This document shows positions 1 to 11,305 of a DNA stretch of 64,000 nucleotides, in pieces. The notes under the pieces were generated by a model that was not told the origin of the DNA, did not search any database, and worked only from the letters and a program-made list of their open reading frames with translations. The position numbers and the translations under genes are program-made. Numbering within the stretch: the first letter of the stretch is position 1; every line of letters begins with the position of its first letter. The stretch is from Mytilus trossulus (lineage: Eukaryota), in assembly GCF_036588685.1 (NCBI RefSeq), contig NC_086375.1, forward strand, positions 89,218,001 through 89,282,000, written 5' to 3'.

Positions 1-1142
1 GTTGATGGCAAAACAGAGAATATTTTGTGACACACAGAATTGGTGTACTTCGCGGCGGGGAAAAAAATCTTTTTAACCTATCTTATTGACGGAATAAGCA
101 TAGAACACATGAATAGGAGCTCTAAATAAAGTTTTGACCATGACAGGCTTGATGGATTATATTATTTACTGTTTCTTTTACATGTCTTTTTTTTTTAAGT
201 TGAAAAAAATTAAATGGGCATTAACTGTCATCTTCATCGATTTTACCTCAAACTTTGCCATACTAAAAAGTATATCCAAATTACAACAAGTCTAAAATGA
301 ACAATAAACAATGCATGAACTTGGTAATATGAATCAACATAGACGTCATCTTATTACCTATTAATTAATATGACTTCCGAAGACTGCCGATGGTCATATA
401 ACTCGTTATATAGCATAAATAGTAATATACACAGATTGCTGTTTGATTTTACTATGTCTATTTGACTGCATAGCGTAGTTTAAAAAAATGTTTATCGTTG
501 TTTAAGAATGATTCTTTTGTGGATCGAATTAGTCAGTCCAATGATGCATCCTTCGTTCACTTTCCATGTTGATATTCTTTTCTTTAAATAGCTGAATAAA
601 TGCATAGCCCATCTCCAGCTAAGGGGTTAAATAAAAGGTCACATGGATGCGTATTCAATGAAGTAAAATTATCAATGATGTTTCTTATCTTATTTTGACA
701 AAAAATGAACTATAGTTGCTGCTTAAAGCGAATAAGTATTTCACTATACTCACTTTCATTTCAAAATATATTTTATAAAAAAAAATTGATTATAACATTT
801 CATAGCTTATGCTTCTTAAAGTGTTAGTAGGTTTGATTATAACCAGTGGTACAGATATAAGATGTAGTATGAGTGCCAATGAGACAACAAGTCACAATGT
901 ATAAAATACACCATTATAGTTCAACGTACGTTCTTCAAACCGGAACATTGGCTCTCACCGAATAGCTATTTCAAAAAAACACTCAAAGTTGAACGGGCTG
1001 GTTGTATAAACTGATATGTTCCTCAAATTTGCTGTGTTATAATGTTATAAGTTTGTTAATTGTATTTTTTCTTTGCAGATTTAAAACTTTTTCTTAATTC
1101 GGAACTAATTGTGGGCAGTATATTGGGATCGTGATCGGTATA

Positions 1143-3155
1143 ATGGACATTTGTCGGAAATGCAGATATATTTGTGTTATTCGCAGATTACGGAAACGTG
1201 TGTATCTCTGTCTGTTTATACTTGCCTGCTTTGGGTATTTAGCATATTATGATTTCTTTCGATATCCACGTACGGTAAATCTCGGGAAAGCTCAAATAAA
1301 TATTCTGAATTCTACTTCATTTCCACTATTGCTGAATGCATTACAAAATCAATATTGCATTCATCCCTCGCTAGATCCGTATCATCCATCGGTGGTTAAC
1401 TTCTTCCATCCAGTGCAGAAACAAAAATGTCAAACCGAGGCAGACTGGGTTTCCGTGAGTAATGGTTCTGCGCATATTATGCCAGGTGCGTCATTTAAAC
1501 GTGGACAAATAATATGTCGTCTCGTGCCTTTATTAAGAGGTCAAACAGACGACATCATCAAGTATGGTACTAAAGAGACAAAACTCAGTCAAGACGAAAA
1601 AGTCTCTGTACCTTCTGATTTCATTAAAACGTCTTGTAAATCTAAAACTGGTCATCGATACATGAACATTCACTCGACAATCGCTATCAAAAAGTCAATA
1701 TTTGACAGACTGAATAACTTAAAGACAAAGTTACAATCCGAAACCAAGCTAAACGTTTTAATGCTTGGTTTTGATTCTGTATCTCGAAACACTTGGCTGC
1801 GCATGCTCCCATCTGCTCATTCCTATTTGAAGAATGATCTGCAAGGGATAGTTTTAGAGGGTTATAATATAGTTGGCGACGGAACCCCTCAAGCACTCTT
1901 GCCTATTCTAACTGGCAAAACAGAAGAAGAATTACCGGAAGTTCGCAGAGGTCATCAAGGGGCAACAACCGTCGACAATCATCCATGGATTTGGAAAAAT
2001 TTCTCCCGTTTAGGTTATGTGACACAATGGGGAGAGGATATGGCCTTTATTGGAACCTTTAATATGCGAATGGTGGGATTTAATAAGCAACCTGTAGATC
2101 ATTACATGCGTCCTTTTTATCTTGTAACTGAGAAACTACACAAATTTTACAAACCATATTGTCTAGGATCGCAGCCTCGACATCGTATAATGTTTAATTA
2201 TCTAAAGGACTTTGTAAACATTTACAGGGAACATCCGAAATTTAGTTTCTTGTTTCATTCGGAGTATAGTCATGATAACTCTAATACATTACAATGGATG
2301 GATCATGATTTAATAAACTTGATGAAGAACATGTATGAAAATGGTCATCTAAATTCCACTGTTTTAATTCTAATGAGTGACCATGGTGCTAGGTTTCATG
2401 ATATAAGACAAACATTGCAAGGAAAGTATGAAGAACGAATGCCGTACTTTGCTTTTCGTTTTCCTGAGTGGTTTGCGAAGAAATATCATGTGGAATATGA
2501 TAACTTAAAGAAGAACTCAAAAAGGCTTGTAACTCCTTTTGACATTCATGCGACGTTTGAACACATTCTTAGCATCGCACAGACAAACTTAAAAAGTGAA
2601 TCTCATATCAAAAATACAACAGGTGCTTTAAAATTACCAAGAGGTATTAGTATTTTAAAGGATATACCTCAGAACAGATCCTGTTATGACGCAGGCATAG
2701 CACCGCACTGGTGCGCATGTCTGCCATGGAAACACAATAACATTAACGATATCGTTGTTCAGAAAGCTGTCGAAAAAGTAGTTAGTTTGATTAATTCAAT
2801 GACGAATGCGTTCAGACATAAGTGTAGAACTCTGTCTATAATCAGAATAATACGGGCTATGACGTTTACTCCGAGTAGAGATGTCGTAAAATTTGTCGGC
2901 AGTTCTGATAAAGATGGTCGATATGCTAAATTCGACAATTCTCTGAACATCCCAAATACTATATTACAAGTAACATTCCAAACATCACCTGGTGAGGCCA
3001 TATACGAAGCCACTGTGGTACATGATAAAATATCTGGCAACTTTTTTGTTGACAATCGTGAAATCAGCAGAACAAATTCCTATGGGACATCTGCAGATTG
3101 CATAGAAAGTTTAGCCCCACACCTACGTCAGTATTGCTATTGTACAAACATTTGA
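1143..3155 (+). CDS. DUF229 family protein (alkaline phosphatase/sulfatase-like superfamily), probable type II membrane protein, ~670 aa, single coding exon
   Basis: Uninterrupted ORF with first ATG at 1143 (the ORF track starts at GTG 1131). Acceptor ttttttctttgcag ends at 1078. Motifs NVLMLGFDSVSR, GYNIVGDGT, LMSDHGARF, EERMP, LVTPFDIHATF and C-terminal YCYC are typical of DUF229. Basic stretch followed by a hydrophobic anchor (RRLRKR-VYLCLFILACFGYLAYY). Confidence 0.9.
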   Translation: MDICRKCRYICVIRRLRKRVYLCLFILACFGYLAYYDFFRYPRTVNLGKAQINILNSTSFPLLLNALQNQYCIHPSLDPYHPSVVNFFHPVQKQKCQTEADWVSVSNGSAHIMPGASFKRGQIICRLVPLLRGQTDDIIKYGTKETKLSQDEKVSVPSDFIKTSCKSKTGHRYMNIHSTIAIKKSIFDRLNNLKTKLQSETKLNVLMLGFDSVSRNTWLRMLPSAHSYLKNDLQGIVLEGYNIVGDGTPQALLPILTGKTEEELPEVRRGHQGATTVDNHPWIWKNFSRLGYVTQWGEDMAFIGTFNMRMVGFNKQPVDHYMRPFYLVTEKLHKFYKPYCLGSQPRHRIMFNYLKDFVNIYREHPKFSFLFHSEYSHDNSNTLQWMDHDLINLMKNMYENGHLNSTVLILMSDHGARFHDIRQTLQGKYEERMPYFAFRFPEWFAKKYHVEYDNLKKNSKRLVTPFDIHATFEHILSIAQTNLKSESHIKNTTGALKLPRGISILKDIPQNRSCYDAGIAPHWCACLPWKHNNINDIVVQKAVEKVVSLINSMTNAFRHKCRTLSIIRIIRAMTFTPSRDVVKFVGSSDKDGRYAKFDNSLNIPNTILQVTFQTSPGEAIYEATVVHDKISGNFFVDNREISRTNSYGTSADCIESLAPHLRQYCYCTNI

Positions 3156-3464
3156 TTTAATACTATGATAGTTTTGCCATTTGATTCAAATATATATATA
3201 TATAACATAGTACCCGACTATAAGCTTGAAAGTACAATAAGAAAAAAAAACATATTTCACACCTTTGATTTCAAACAAAACTAAGCAGCTCCTCCACTTA
3301 TCATTCACACAGCTCACACTATTACTTAACCTCAATATTTCAGACGTTTTGTCATATACATGTGTAGGACATATGAAAAGAAATGATTTTTGGGGGGAGT
3401 ACATAAGAAAAATTCTAAGAATGACGACGACAAAGATGGGATATTTGGAACTCGGAAGTACATG

Positions 3465-4250
3465 AGAGAAAATACCGAACTCCAAGGAAAATCACTGTGG
3501 TAAAGCAGTCAACATTGTGTTATAATCTTAATCACTATAAAAACAAAGAAATATGTAACAAAGAAACACCACCGACCGTACAAGGCTGTATAGCCATTCA
3601 AGATCGTTAAAAACTTTCATTTGTTGTTGTTGCCAAAGAAACACAAAACGACATTATATAGACAGAGCAAATTAACAAAAATGAAAGACAAGAACACAAA
3701 AATATACCATGACACATGACGCGATGTATAAGTACAGAGCCACGTCACATGCATATCACAAAAAAAGTAGATTAAACAGTAAAATAAATATTCAAAAAGA
3801 CAATTAAAAAGGAGAATCTATACTTCAAGACCATCGTGTATTATTTGTGAAATTGATACGGAATATTCATCAACAATTAAGGTTTTGGTATCTTCCAGTG
3901 ATATTTTGATAGAAACGAGACATTATTTGACATACCCCTGCTTCGTCAACTTTCAGCTCAGACACTGATGTTTTTACATTTTACATCAAAGTCTGAGTAG
4001 CAGCTTCAAGCTGTTGAAACTGAGGTTGAATACCGAATAAATAAAGGCAACAGTAGTATACCGCTGTTCAAAACTCATAAATCCATGGACAAAAAACAAA
4101 ATCGGGGTAACAAACTAAAACCGAGGGAAACGCATTAAATATAAGAGGAGAACAACGACACAACACCGAAACGCAACACACACAGAAAAGTTAGGGGAAA
4201 GAATATACCATACCATATGCTGGTGAAGTTGGTATATCGCTTCTCACGCG
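3465..4250 (-). mobile_element. Decayed Penelope-like (Naiad-type) RT C-terminus plus 3' UTR relic, interrupted by a younger insertion at ~4040-4187
   Basis: The minus strand gives frameshifted remnants resembling S-x-I-P-T-S-P-A-Y-G...R-Y-S...C-Y-S-D-F...H-Q-C-L-S...Q-G-Y, matching the DVPLSPSYGVYISQLVRFARVC...QGF region of the 8915-10129 RT. Its probable terminus (aaaataccgaactccaaggaaaat, ~3470) recurs at ~5000-5050. Confidence 0.6.
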
Positions 4251-6074
4251 GGAGTGGTTAATAAAAAGATGTATAGAATATATCATTGAGACATTTAAAC
4301 ATATTAGCCTCTTATCTTGAAAACTATAATATGACAGATAGACACTTTGCATAGTAGAGTTGAACTTGATACAGTATGAACAAATCGTCAGAAATCTCCT
4401 TAATAGAGACCTTGTTCTTTATTGACGATTTATACCAATATTTTTTAAATCAGATTGCATTACGCTTTTGAACAAAGCACATTCATGAATATTTTTTAAA
4501 GTTGTTGTCTCTTTGAAACATTCCCCATTTCCATTCTCAATTTGAAGGACTTCAACACTTAAATGTATATATCTATTACATAAAGCAAAAGAATATATAA
4601 ATTATACAAAGCACTATATACCTATTAAACATTTGATCATGAAGTAGCACATAAACATTTAATAAGACTATGTGCTATGCTGATAATTTGTTTCCGGTAC
4701 ACTACTTTAAAGGTTACCACAAAATTTGGCTGTTATTTATACAGTTGCTGTAATCTTTACCATTCCAAAAGATTTCAAAGAACTGTAGCATTGTACCTAA
4801 AGGACTGTTGTAAATGTCTTGGAATCTGCAATTATATTAACTTAAAATATCTATATATTACCTTAATTTACAATGAAGTATGATAAAACTTATTGCATTA
4901 AGGTATTCAATATCTGTTAAGTTTCCTGAAGCCATTGATATAATATTCTGACATGTAATGTGTATGATAGCTTTTCCGTTTATCTATAAAGTATCGTTTA
5001 AAAAGTAAAATCACAAAAGTACTGAACTTGGAGGAAAATTCAAAACGAAAAACCGACCATATTCCTACATGAAAACGGTCAATATTTTTTCTAGTCCTGT
5101 AACTCAACGTTTCACATGTTATGAATTCTGTCTTTTGTATTGATGGTTGGACCGTGAGATTTTTGTCAGAAGGAAGACACAAGATCACAAGAGTAAATAT
5201 AAAGCATTGAATGCCAGGATATTTTTTAAATATTATTGAGAAAGCACAGGTGGGATTTTTTTTATTTTAATGTATTGTCTAAAATAAATGTACTACGAAA
5301 TAACTGTGGTCTCAGACTATAAGCTCTTGGGAGCTTAAAACCGACAAAAAAACTGCATTCAAAATTTGGACTACTAAATAAGCTAGAATTGTCTAGATAA
5401 AACAAAATCAGGTGTAACACAAAACAATAAAAGGTTACCCTAAACTACACAAAAATAGTAAAATGAGTTTTATCTCAAGTAAATGTGCTTTTAACTAGTT
5501 CTTTAACTACTACTATATCATAGAACTTATCATTAATTTTCGTAATATATATATGAAAATAGTAGAACTAGTAATTTGTGGAGTGCAAAATAATCTGTAG
5601 ACCTTTACGTGCTTTTGTCAGTCCTTTTGATTCTGTTGACCGTTCGAACTTTTCAACCCTTCACACTACACTATCACACAATCTTATCAAACAAAATTTT
5701 TCCTGTTTAATTAAACGGTCGTTTTGGTAAATCTGTTACTTACAAGATAGAAAGAGTTTATTTCTTCAGAACATAAAGTAAAAAGGTTTCATAAAGCAGC
5801 AAGAACACACATCTTGAACGCAATAAGGTCAAACACAAAAAGCGAAAGTATGCGAGTTCGTAACATAACAAAAAAAACACAAAAGTCGAAGGTAGTGACA
5901 TTTATAAAAAAATAAATAAAAAAAGGACTAAAGCCAGTGAGTAAAGGTGAACATAAGTTTGCAGTGTTGAACATAAAAGCATAAAAAAAATGGAAAAGAG
6001 TATCTAGTTTTGTTGACTTCAGCTGAAAGACCACGAAGTTTTTTAATTGAATAAAACGATGATTGATTCTGATG

Positions 6075-6440
6075 TTAATCTGGTAGCTCATTCAGGTTAA
6101 AGTTTGGCACCTGAATATTATAACGAGTGTAGGGTATATGCAGTTGTTCTGAATCTGGTAACTTCTTCAAGTCAAAGCTTAGCATCTGGATTAATAACTG
6201 CAGTCATCCTGAATCTGGTAGCTCATGTACTAGTATACCACAGTTTGTCATCTGAATATTATAAAGAATGTAGGTCATATACATCGGTTCCTAATCTGGA
6301 AGCTTATACTGGTTAAAGATTAGCACCTGAATACTATAACCGTTGTAAGTTATATGCAGTTGTTCTTAATCTGGTAGCTTATTCAGGTCAAATCAAGCTA
6401 AGCATCCGAATACCCAAAATATGCTGTTGTTCTGAATCAT
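6075..6440. repeat. Degenerate tandem repeat, ~60-80 bp unit, ~5 copies
   Basis: An aatctggta-like anchor recurs at ~6077, 6152, 6212, 6294 and 6368 with shared ctgaatattataa...tatgcagttgttct blocks. Confidence 0.7.
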
Positions 6441-6609
6441 GGTAGTGCTATTGTACTCATGAACCTAAAAGAGACAGTTTTTATTTCTTTGTGTGTAGTG
6501 ATTCAGAAGATAACCAGAACATCTTCATTACTACTTTGAAAATATTGCCAGCGATCTCATTCTACTGATTTCTCAAAACATGTTATCTGATTTGCATAGT
6601 AAATCTTGA

Positions 6610-7960
6610 TGATGACATGCAAATTGATGGAGCACATTGTGGCAAGTATCATTATGGACTATCTGGAGGCAAATAATATCTTTTATGACCTTCAACATAG
6701 TTTCCGTATATGGATATCGTGCGAATCACAACTCATTCAATGTATACAAAACCTTATAACAACAACAGCACAAATACACAAATGATATATCACTACTATG
6801 GATTTTGTCAAAGTCTTCGATAAAGTACCACACAAACGTTTACAATACACGCATAATTAAATACTATGGTTTTTCAAGACAACACTCTAAACTATATATA
6901 TTCAGTTTTTGCAAAACCGTACACAAATAGCAGATATAGATTGAAAAACATCAAATATGGAACCAGTTATATCATTTGTGCTCTAAGAAACTGCCCTTGG
7001 GCCTATACTCTTTTTGATATACATAAACGATTTTCAAGAAAAACTCAATCAGAGCACATTACGACTCTTTGCTGATAATAGCATCATATAGCAATGAAAT
7101 AACATGTCAACAAGATTGCACAAAACTACAAGCGTATCTAAATGCAGCTGCGATATTGGAAGAATATTGGCTTACGACCTTATCACACAGAAAAAAGAAA
7201 CCATTCAAACATTTATATAGCATCCTGCATAACCATACTTTAGTACCAGTAGCACCAACAAAATATATTGGTGTAACAATAATATAATGGAAAATGTTTC
7301 CACAAATTGTAATATCATGTTAAACAATTGAAACCTTTCCACAAATTGTAGTATCATGTTAAACAATTGAAACCTTTATAAAACAGTTGACACCAACAGG
7401 TTAACAACAACTGTTATCCACAACAGAAAATAAGTTAATGAGTATCAATGTACATTTCTTTAATCAATTGTTGTATTTTTCATGTAACTCCTACTGTTCA
7501 ATTCAGTCTACAGCATTTAAACTTTTCTCCATATTATTTTCTGTAAAGTGTAACTTGTCTGAAGTTTTGATTCCACGTTATAGAAATGTCTTGACAAATT
7601 GCCATCATGGGAAACTACGCGGAAAATGCCATTCCACCCAGATAAGTGTAATGTTATTTCAGTCACCAAATTTAAAAAAAATCGCATTTAACTAAACATT
7701 ACACGATCACTCTTTAGAACACGTTACACTGGCAGCATACTTTCTGGGGGGAACCATCAGTACCAACCTTAAATGGGATATACATACACATTTACAATAT
7801 ATGCAAGAAACCTAATGGTACCATAGGCTTTCTATGGAGGAACCTTAACATAAGCTCAACATCTGAATTCCATTCTTCAAATCACAGTATTGTACAGACT
7901 AACAGAAATTGTTTTCCCTAGAGCATAACCGACTGGAATAATCTACTGACATCAGTAGAC
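6610..7960 (+). mobile_element. Highly decayed CR1/L2-group LINE RT relic in two pieces (~6610-7285 and ~7735-7960)
   Basis: Remnant translations CKLMEHIVASIIMDYLEANNIFYDLQHSFR..SCESQL, MDFVKVFDKVPHKRL, RLFADN, KYIGVTI, NLKWDIH and NGTIGFLWRNL, with many stops and frameshifts. Confidence 0.8.
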
Positions 7961-8797
7961 TCTTTCGTATCTTCAATTTCAAATAATCAGTATTAAACTC
8001 AACAACTTACATCAAACCATGATCAAACTTATCATGTTGTACATTTGTATTTTTCTTTTTTCAAATACTTAAATTTTTTATAAGAATAAGAGTATGTATT
8101 CTTTCAAATCAATTATGCCCATGGTTGGCAGCATGGTATGTATACACACAAAACAATACATTGGAAATTGTAACAGAAAAAAAAAACTTTTTACATTGAA
8201 ATGAAATATAAAAAAAATAGATAGATGTTATCATGATAGATCTACATATTTTTTTTTAGTTTAACAGAAGACATAAAATTGAGAATGGAAATGGGGAATG
8301 TGTCAAAGAGACAACAACCCGACCAAAATAAAAAAACACAACAGCAGAAGGTCACCAACAGGTCTTCAATGTAGCGAGAAATTCCCGCACCCGGAGGCGT
8401 CCTTCAGCTGGCCCCTAAACAAATATATACTAGTTCAGTGATAATGAACGCCATACTAATTTCCAAATTGTACACAAGAAACTAAAATTTAAATAATACA
8501 AGACTAACAAAGGCCAGAGGCTCCTGACTTGGGACAGGCGCAAAAATGCGGCGGGGTTAAACATGTTTGTGAGATCTCAACCCTCCCCCTATACCTCTAA
8601 CCAGTGTAGAAAAGTAAAAGCATAACAATACGCACATTAAAATTCAGTTCAAGAGAAGTCCGAGTCTGATGTCAGAAGATGTAACCAAAGAAAATAAACA
8701 AAATGACAATAATACATAAATAACAACAGACTACTAGCAGTTAACTGACATGCCAGCTCCAGACTTCAATTAAACTGACTGAAAGATTATGATTTCA

Positions 8798-8864
8798 TCA
8801 TATGAACATCAGGCACAATCCTTCCCGTAAGGGGTTTAGTATCATACCATCATAACATATATGA
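8798..8864 (-). promoter_or_regulatory. Predicted type II SECIS element in the retroelement 3' UTR
   Basis: Minus strand: UCAUAU augu uA-UGAU GGUAUGAUACU AAA CCCC uuac GGG a AGGAUUGUGCC UGAU guuc AUAUGA. This gives helix I, an AUGA/GA quartet, an 11-nt helix II, apical AAA and a mini-helix. Confidence 0.8.
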
Positions 8865-8914
8865 GAAGAACATAACCCGTGTCATGCCAACAACTGTTTT
8901 TAGAATAAATGTGT

Positions 8915-10129
8915 TTAGTTCCGACGCAAAGACCTTATCAGTGACTCAATATTAACGCCGCCAAAATATGCAATCTTTAATGACTTGACAACAGTATCGT
9001 AATTATATCCCTTCTTAATAAGTCTATTCAAAGGTTTTGTAAGTTTATGAGGTGAATACTGACACCTTTGTGCTTTATAAAGAATATTTCCATAAAAAAT
9101 TGGATGTGAAATACCTGAACGTATAAAAAGTCTGCATGTTGAGCTATATTTACGAATGATGTCTTTATACCGATGATAAAATTTAGTAAATGTTTTGACT
9201 AGTTTGTGATATCGAAAACCCTGGTGTAATAATTTTTCAGTAATACATAAATTTCTCTCGTTAAAATCTAAAACATTGTTACATACACGAGCGAATCGTA
9301 CAAGTTGAGATATATAAACACCGTAAGATGGTGACAAGGGAACGTCACCATCTAAAAACGGATAATTAACGATAGGAAATGAAAAATCATCCCTTTTATC
9401 ATAAATTTTAGTATTCAGCTTTCCGTTAGTGATATAGATATCAAGATCGAGGAAAGGGCAGTGGTCATTGTTAGTATTAGCTTTATTTAAAGTGAGTTCA
9501 CCAGGATAAATTTCATTAATATACATACTGAAGTCGTCATTATTGAGAGCCAAAATATCATCCAAATATCTAAAAGTATTATTAAATTTGTTTATCAGAT
9601 GTTGTTTTGATGGGTCTTTGCTTATTTTTGTCATAAATTGTAACTCGTAACAATACAAAAAGAGGTCCGCAATAAGTGGTGCACAGTTAGTCCCCATTGG
9701 AATTCCGATAATCTGACGATATACGGAATCCCCAAAGCGAACAAAAATGTTATCTAGTAAAAATTCAAGGGCATATATAGTATCAAAGCATGTCCAATTA
9801 ACATAGTTTTTTTGTTTATTGCTACTAAAAAATGACCTAAAAGAGTTTGAACATATATATTCACATTCTGATTTTTTGAATGCCCATTTAATTAGGTGTG
9901 TGAATTTTTTCTTAATGAGAATGTGAGGCAATGTGGTATACAGGGTAGAAAAATCAAAACTTTGAACAGATTCAAAATCACCAATATAAGCATGCAATTT
10001 ATCAAGTACTTCCAACGAGTTCTTGACACTCCAAAAGTAATTTATTCCACTATTTTCGAAGGCCTTATTTGAACAATTTATTATAAGGTTTTTAATTGTA
10101 CCAAGTGTGCTGGTAAGAATAATAGACAA
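8915..10129 (-). CDS. Penelope-like reverse transcriptase (partial, 404 aa, no true start codon)
   Basis: Open frame with intact YLDD. The track start is a TTG inside a 5'-truncated ORF. Confidence 0.8.
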   Translation of the reverse strand: MSIILTSTLGTIKNLIINCSNKAFENSGINYFWSVKNSLEVLDKLHAYIGDFESVQSFDFSTLYTTLPHILIKKKFTHLIKWAFKKSECEYICSNSFRSFFSSNKQKNYVNWTCFDTIYALEFLLDNIFVRFGDSVYRQIIGIPMGTNCAPLIADLFLYCYELQFMTKISKDPSKQHLINKFNNTFRYLDDILALNNDDFSMYINEIYPGELTLNKANTNNDHCPFLDLDIYITNGKLNTKIYDKRDDFSFPIVNYPFLDGDVPLSPSYGVYISQLVRFARVCNNVLDFNERNLCITEKLLHQGFRYHKLVKTFTKFYHRYKDIIRKYSSTCRLFIRSGISHPIFYGNILYKAQRCQYSPHKLTKPLNRLIKKGYNYDTVVKSLKIAYFGGVNIESLIRSLRRN

Positions 10130-10681
10130 TTTAGTAGTATGTACACTTTATTCTTGTCAGGAAGAACCATGAAATCATGACATTAGGGATTGTTATAAAA
10201 TATATTAATTTACATTGCGTCTAACATCTCGACATTTAAAAATATAGTACCCTTAATATGTAAGAAAAACCAATACCATAAACAAAAAAACGTGTGTCGT
10301 GCGATAGAAGAAGTAGTACAGATGTACAAAGAGGAGTAACTCTTACTCAGCTTGAAATCTCGGACAGGTGCTTGTTTCCTACGGGACTTTGCGTGATCTG
10401 GTACCGAACCACGAAAAGGAAATGTCAACTTAAAAAACTTGTTACTATTTTCCGGACTACAGTAATAAAGTGGTTCAACTGGTACATTGCCAGTGTTAGT
10501 CGTCATTTGAAGCTCAGGTAATCATACAATTAACTTAATCCAATCACACTGTCATTAAATACTTTCATTATCATACAGAGGCCTGTCTTTTGTTTTATCA
10601 ATGATTACGATTATAAAAAGATAACCCTTGTCCAAATACTGTCTTAGAAGACTAATTTAATGTTTGCCATGATGCTTTCTT

Positions 10682-11305
10682 ACGATACCTGTAAGATACC
10701 TGTAAGATCGTTGTGGGGCTCATATGGAAGGATCCTATCCTTTTTAGCCCACCATATTTTGGTACACTTTCAAAAACTGATACAATCATCAATCCTGCAT
10801 GATTTGGTGCATTATTTCACACAATTAAAAGTTATATATAAAACTATTTGTGTCCTCATCAATTTCCTAACTGATACATGACTGACTCCCAATGACGGTC
10901 TATACTAATTTTAAAGGCTTCCACAGTTTTAGATGAAATAACTTCAACTGGTAGGTTATTCCAATCATTAATAATACGTTGTGAGAAATGTCTTAATCAA
11001 AAAGAAGTGTTACATCTAGGTTTTGCTAATTTCCAATTATGCCCACGGGTATTAGTACTGATGACAGTAAAAAATCTTTCATAAGATATATCTTCGATTC
11101 CTTTTAATATTTTGAACGCTTGTATCATATCACCTCTTCGCCTTCTGTGAGTTAGGGAGGGTAGTTTAAGTACTTTTAATCTGTCTTCATAGCTTAAATG
11201 TCGTATATCAGGAATTAATTTCGTTGCTCTCATCTGCACTTTTTCTACAGCATTAATATCTTTCTTTAAATGCGGATACCATATTGTATTTCCATATTCC
11301 ACATG
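10682..11305 (-). mobile_element. CR1-clade LINE 3' end (RT C-terminus, 3' UTR and short tandem tail)
   Basis: VEYGNTIWYPHLKKDINAVEKVQMRATKLIP..LSYEDRLKVLKLPSLTHRRRRGDMIQAFKI..TRGHNWKL is the classic CR1 post-RT region. An 11-bp tail duplication (gatacctgtaa)x2 lies at ~10684-10705. Confidence 0.85.

Larger units (their letters stand above)
8273..10139 (-). mobile_element. 5'-truncated Penelope-like retroelement (Naiad-type architecture): RT ORF plus ~640-nt 3' UTR
   Basis: RT motifs FDFSTLYTTLPH, YRQIIGIPMGTNCAPLIADLFL, RYLDD, FLDL and IYDKRDDFSFPIVNYP. The ORF ends without a C-terminal GIY-YIG domain, as expected for the permuted Naiad/Chlamys clade. The frame closes at a TAA (10148-10150) just upstream, indicating 5' truncation. 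The 3' terminus ...GACACATTCCCCATTTCCATTCTCAATTTTAT recurs elsewhere in the window. Confidence 0.88.

Noticed and set aside
3153-3155. DUF229 TGA stop as Sec read-through driven by the nearby SECIS
   Set aside because: The SECIS is on the opposite strand and 5.6 kb away, and the protein ends normally after the family's CxC motif.
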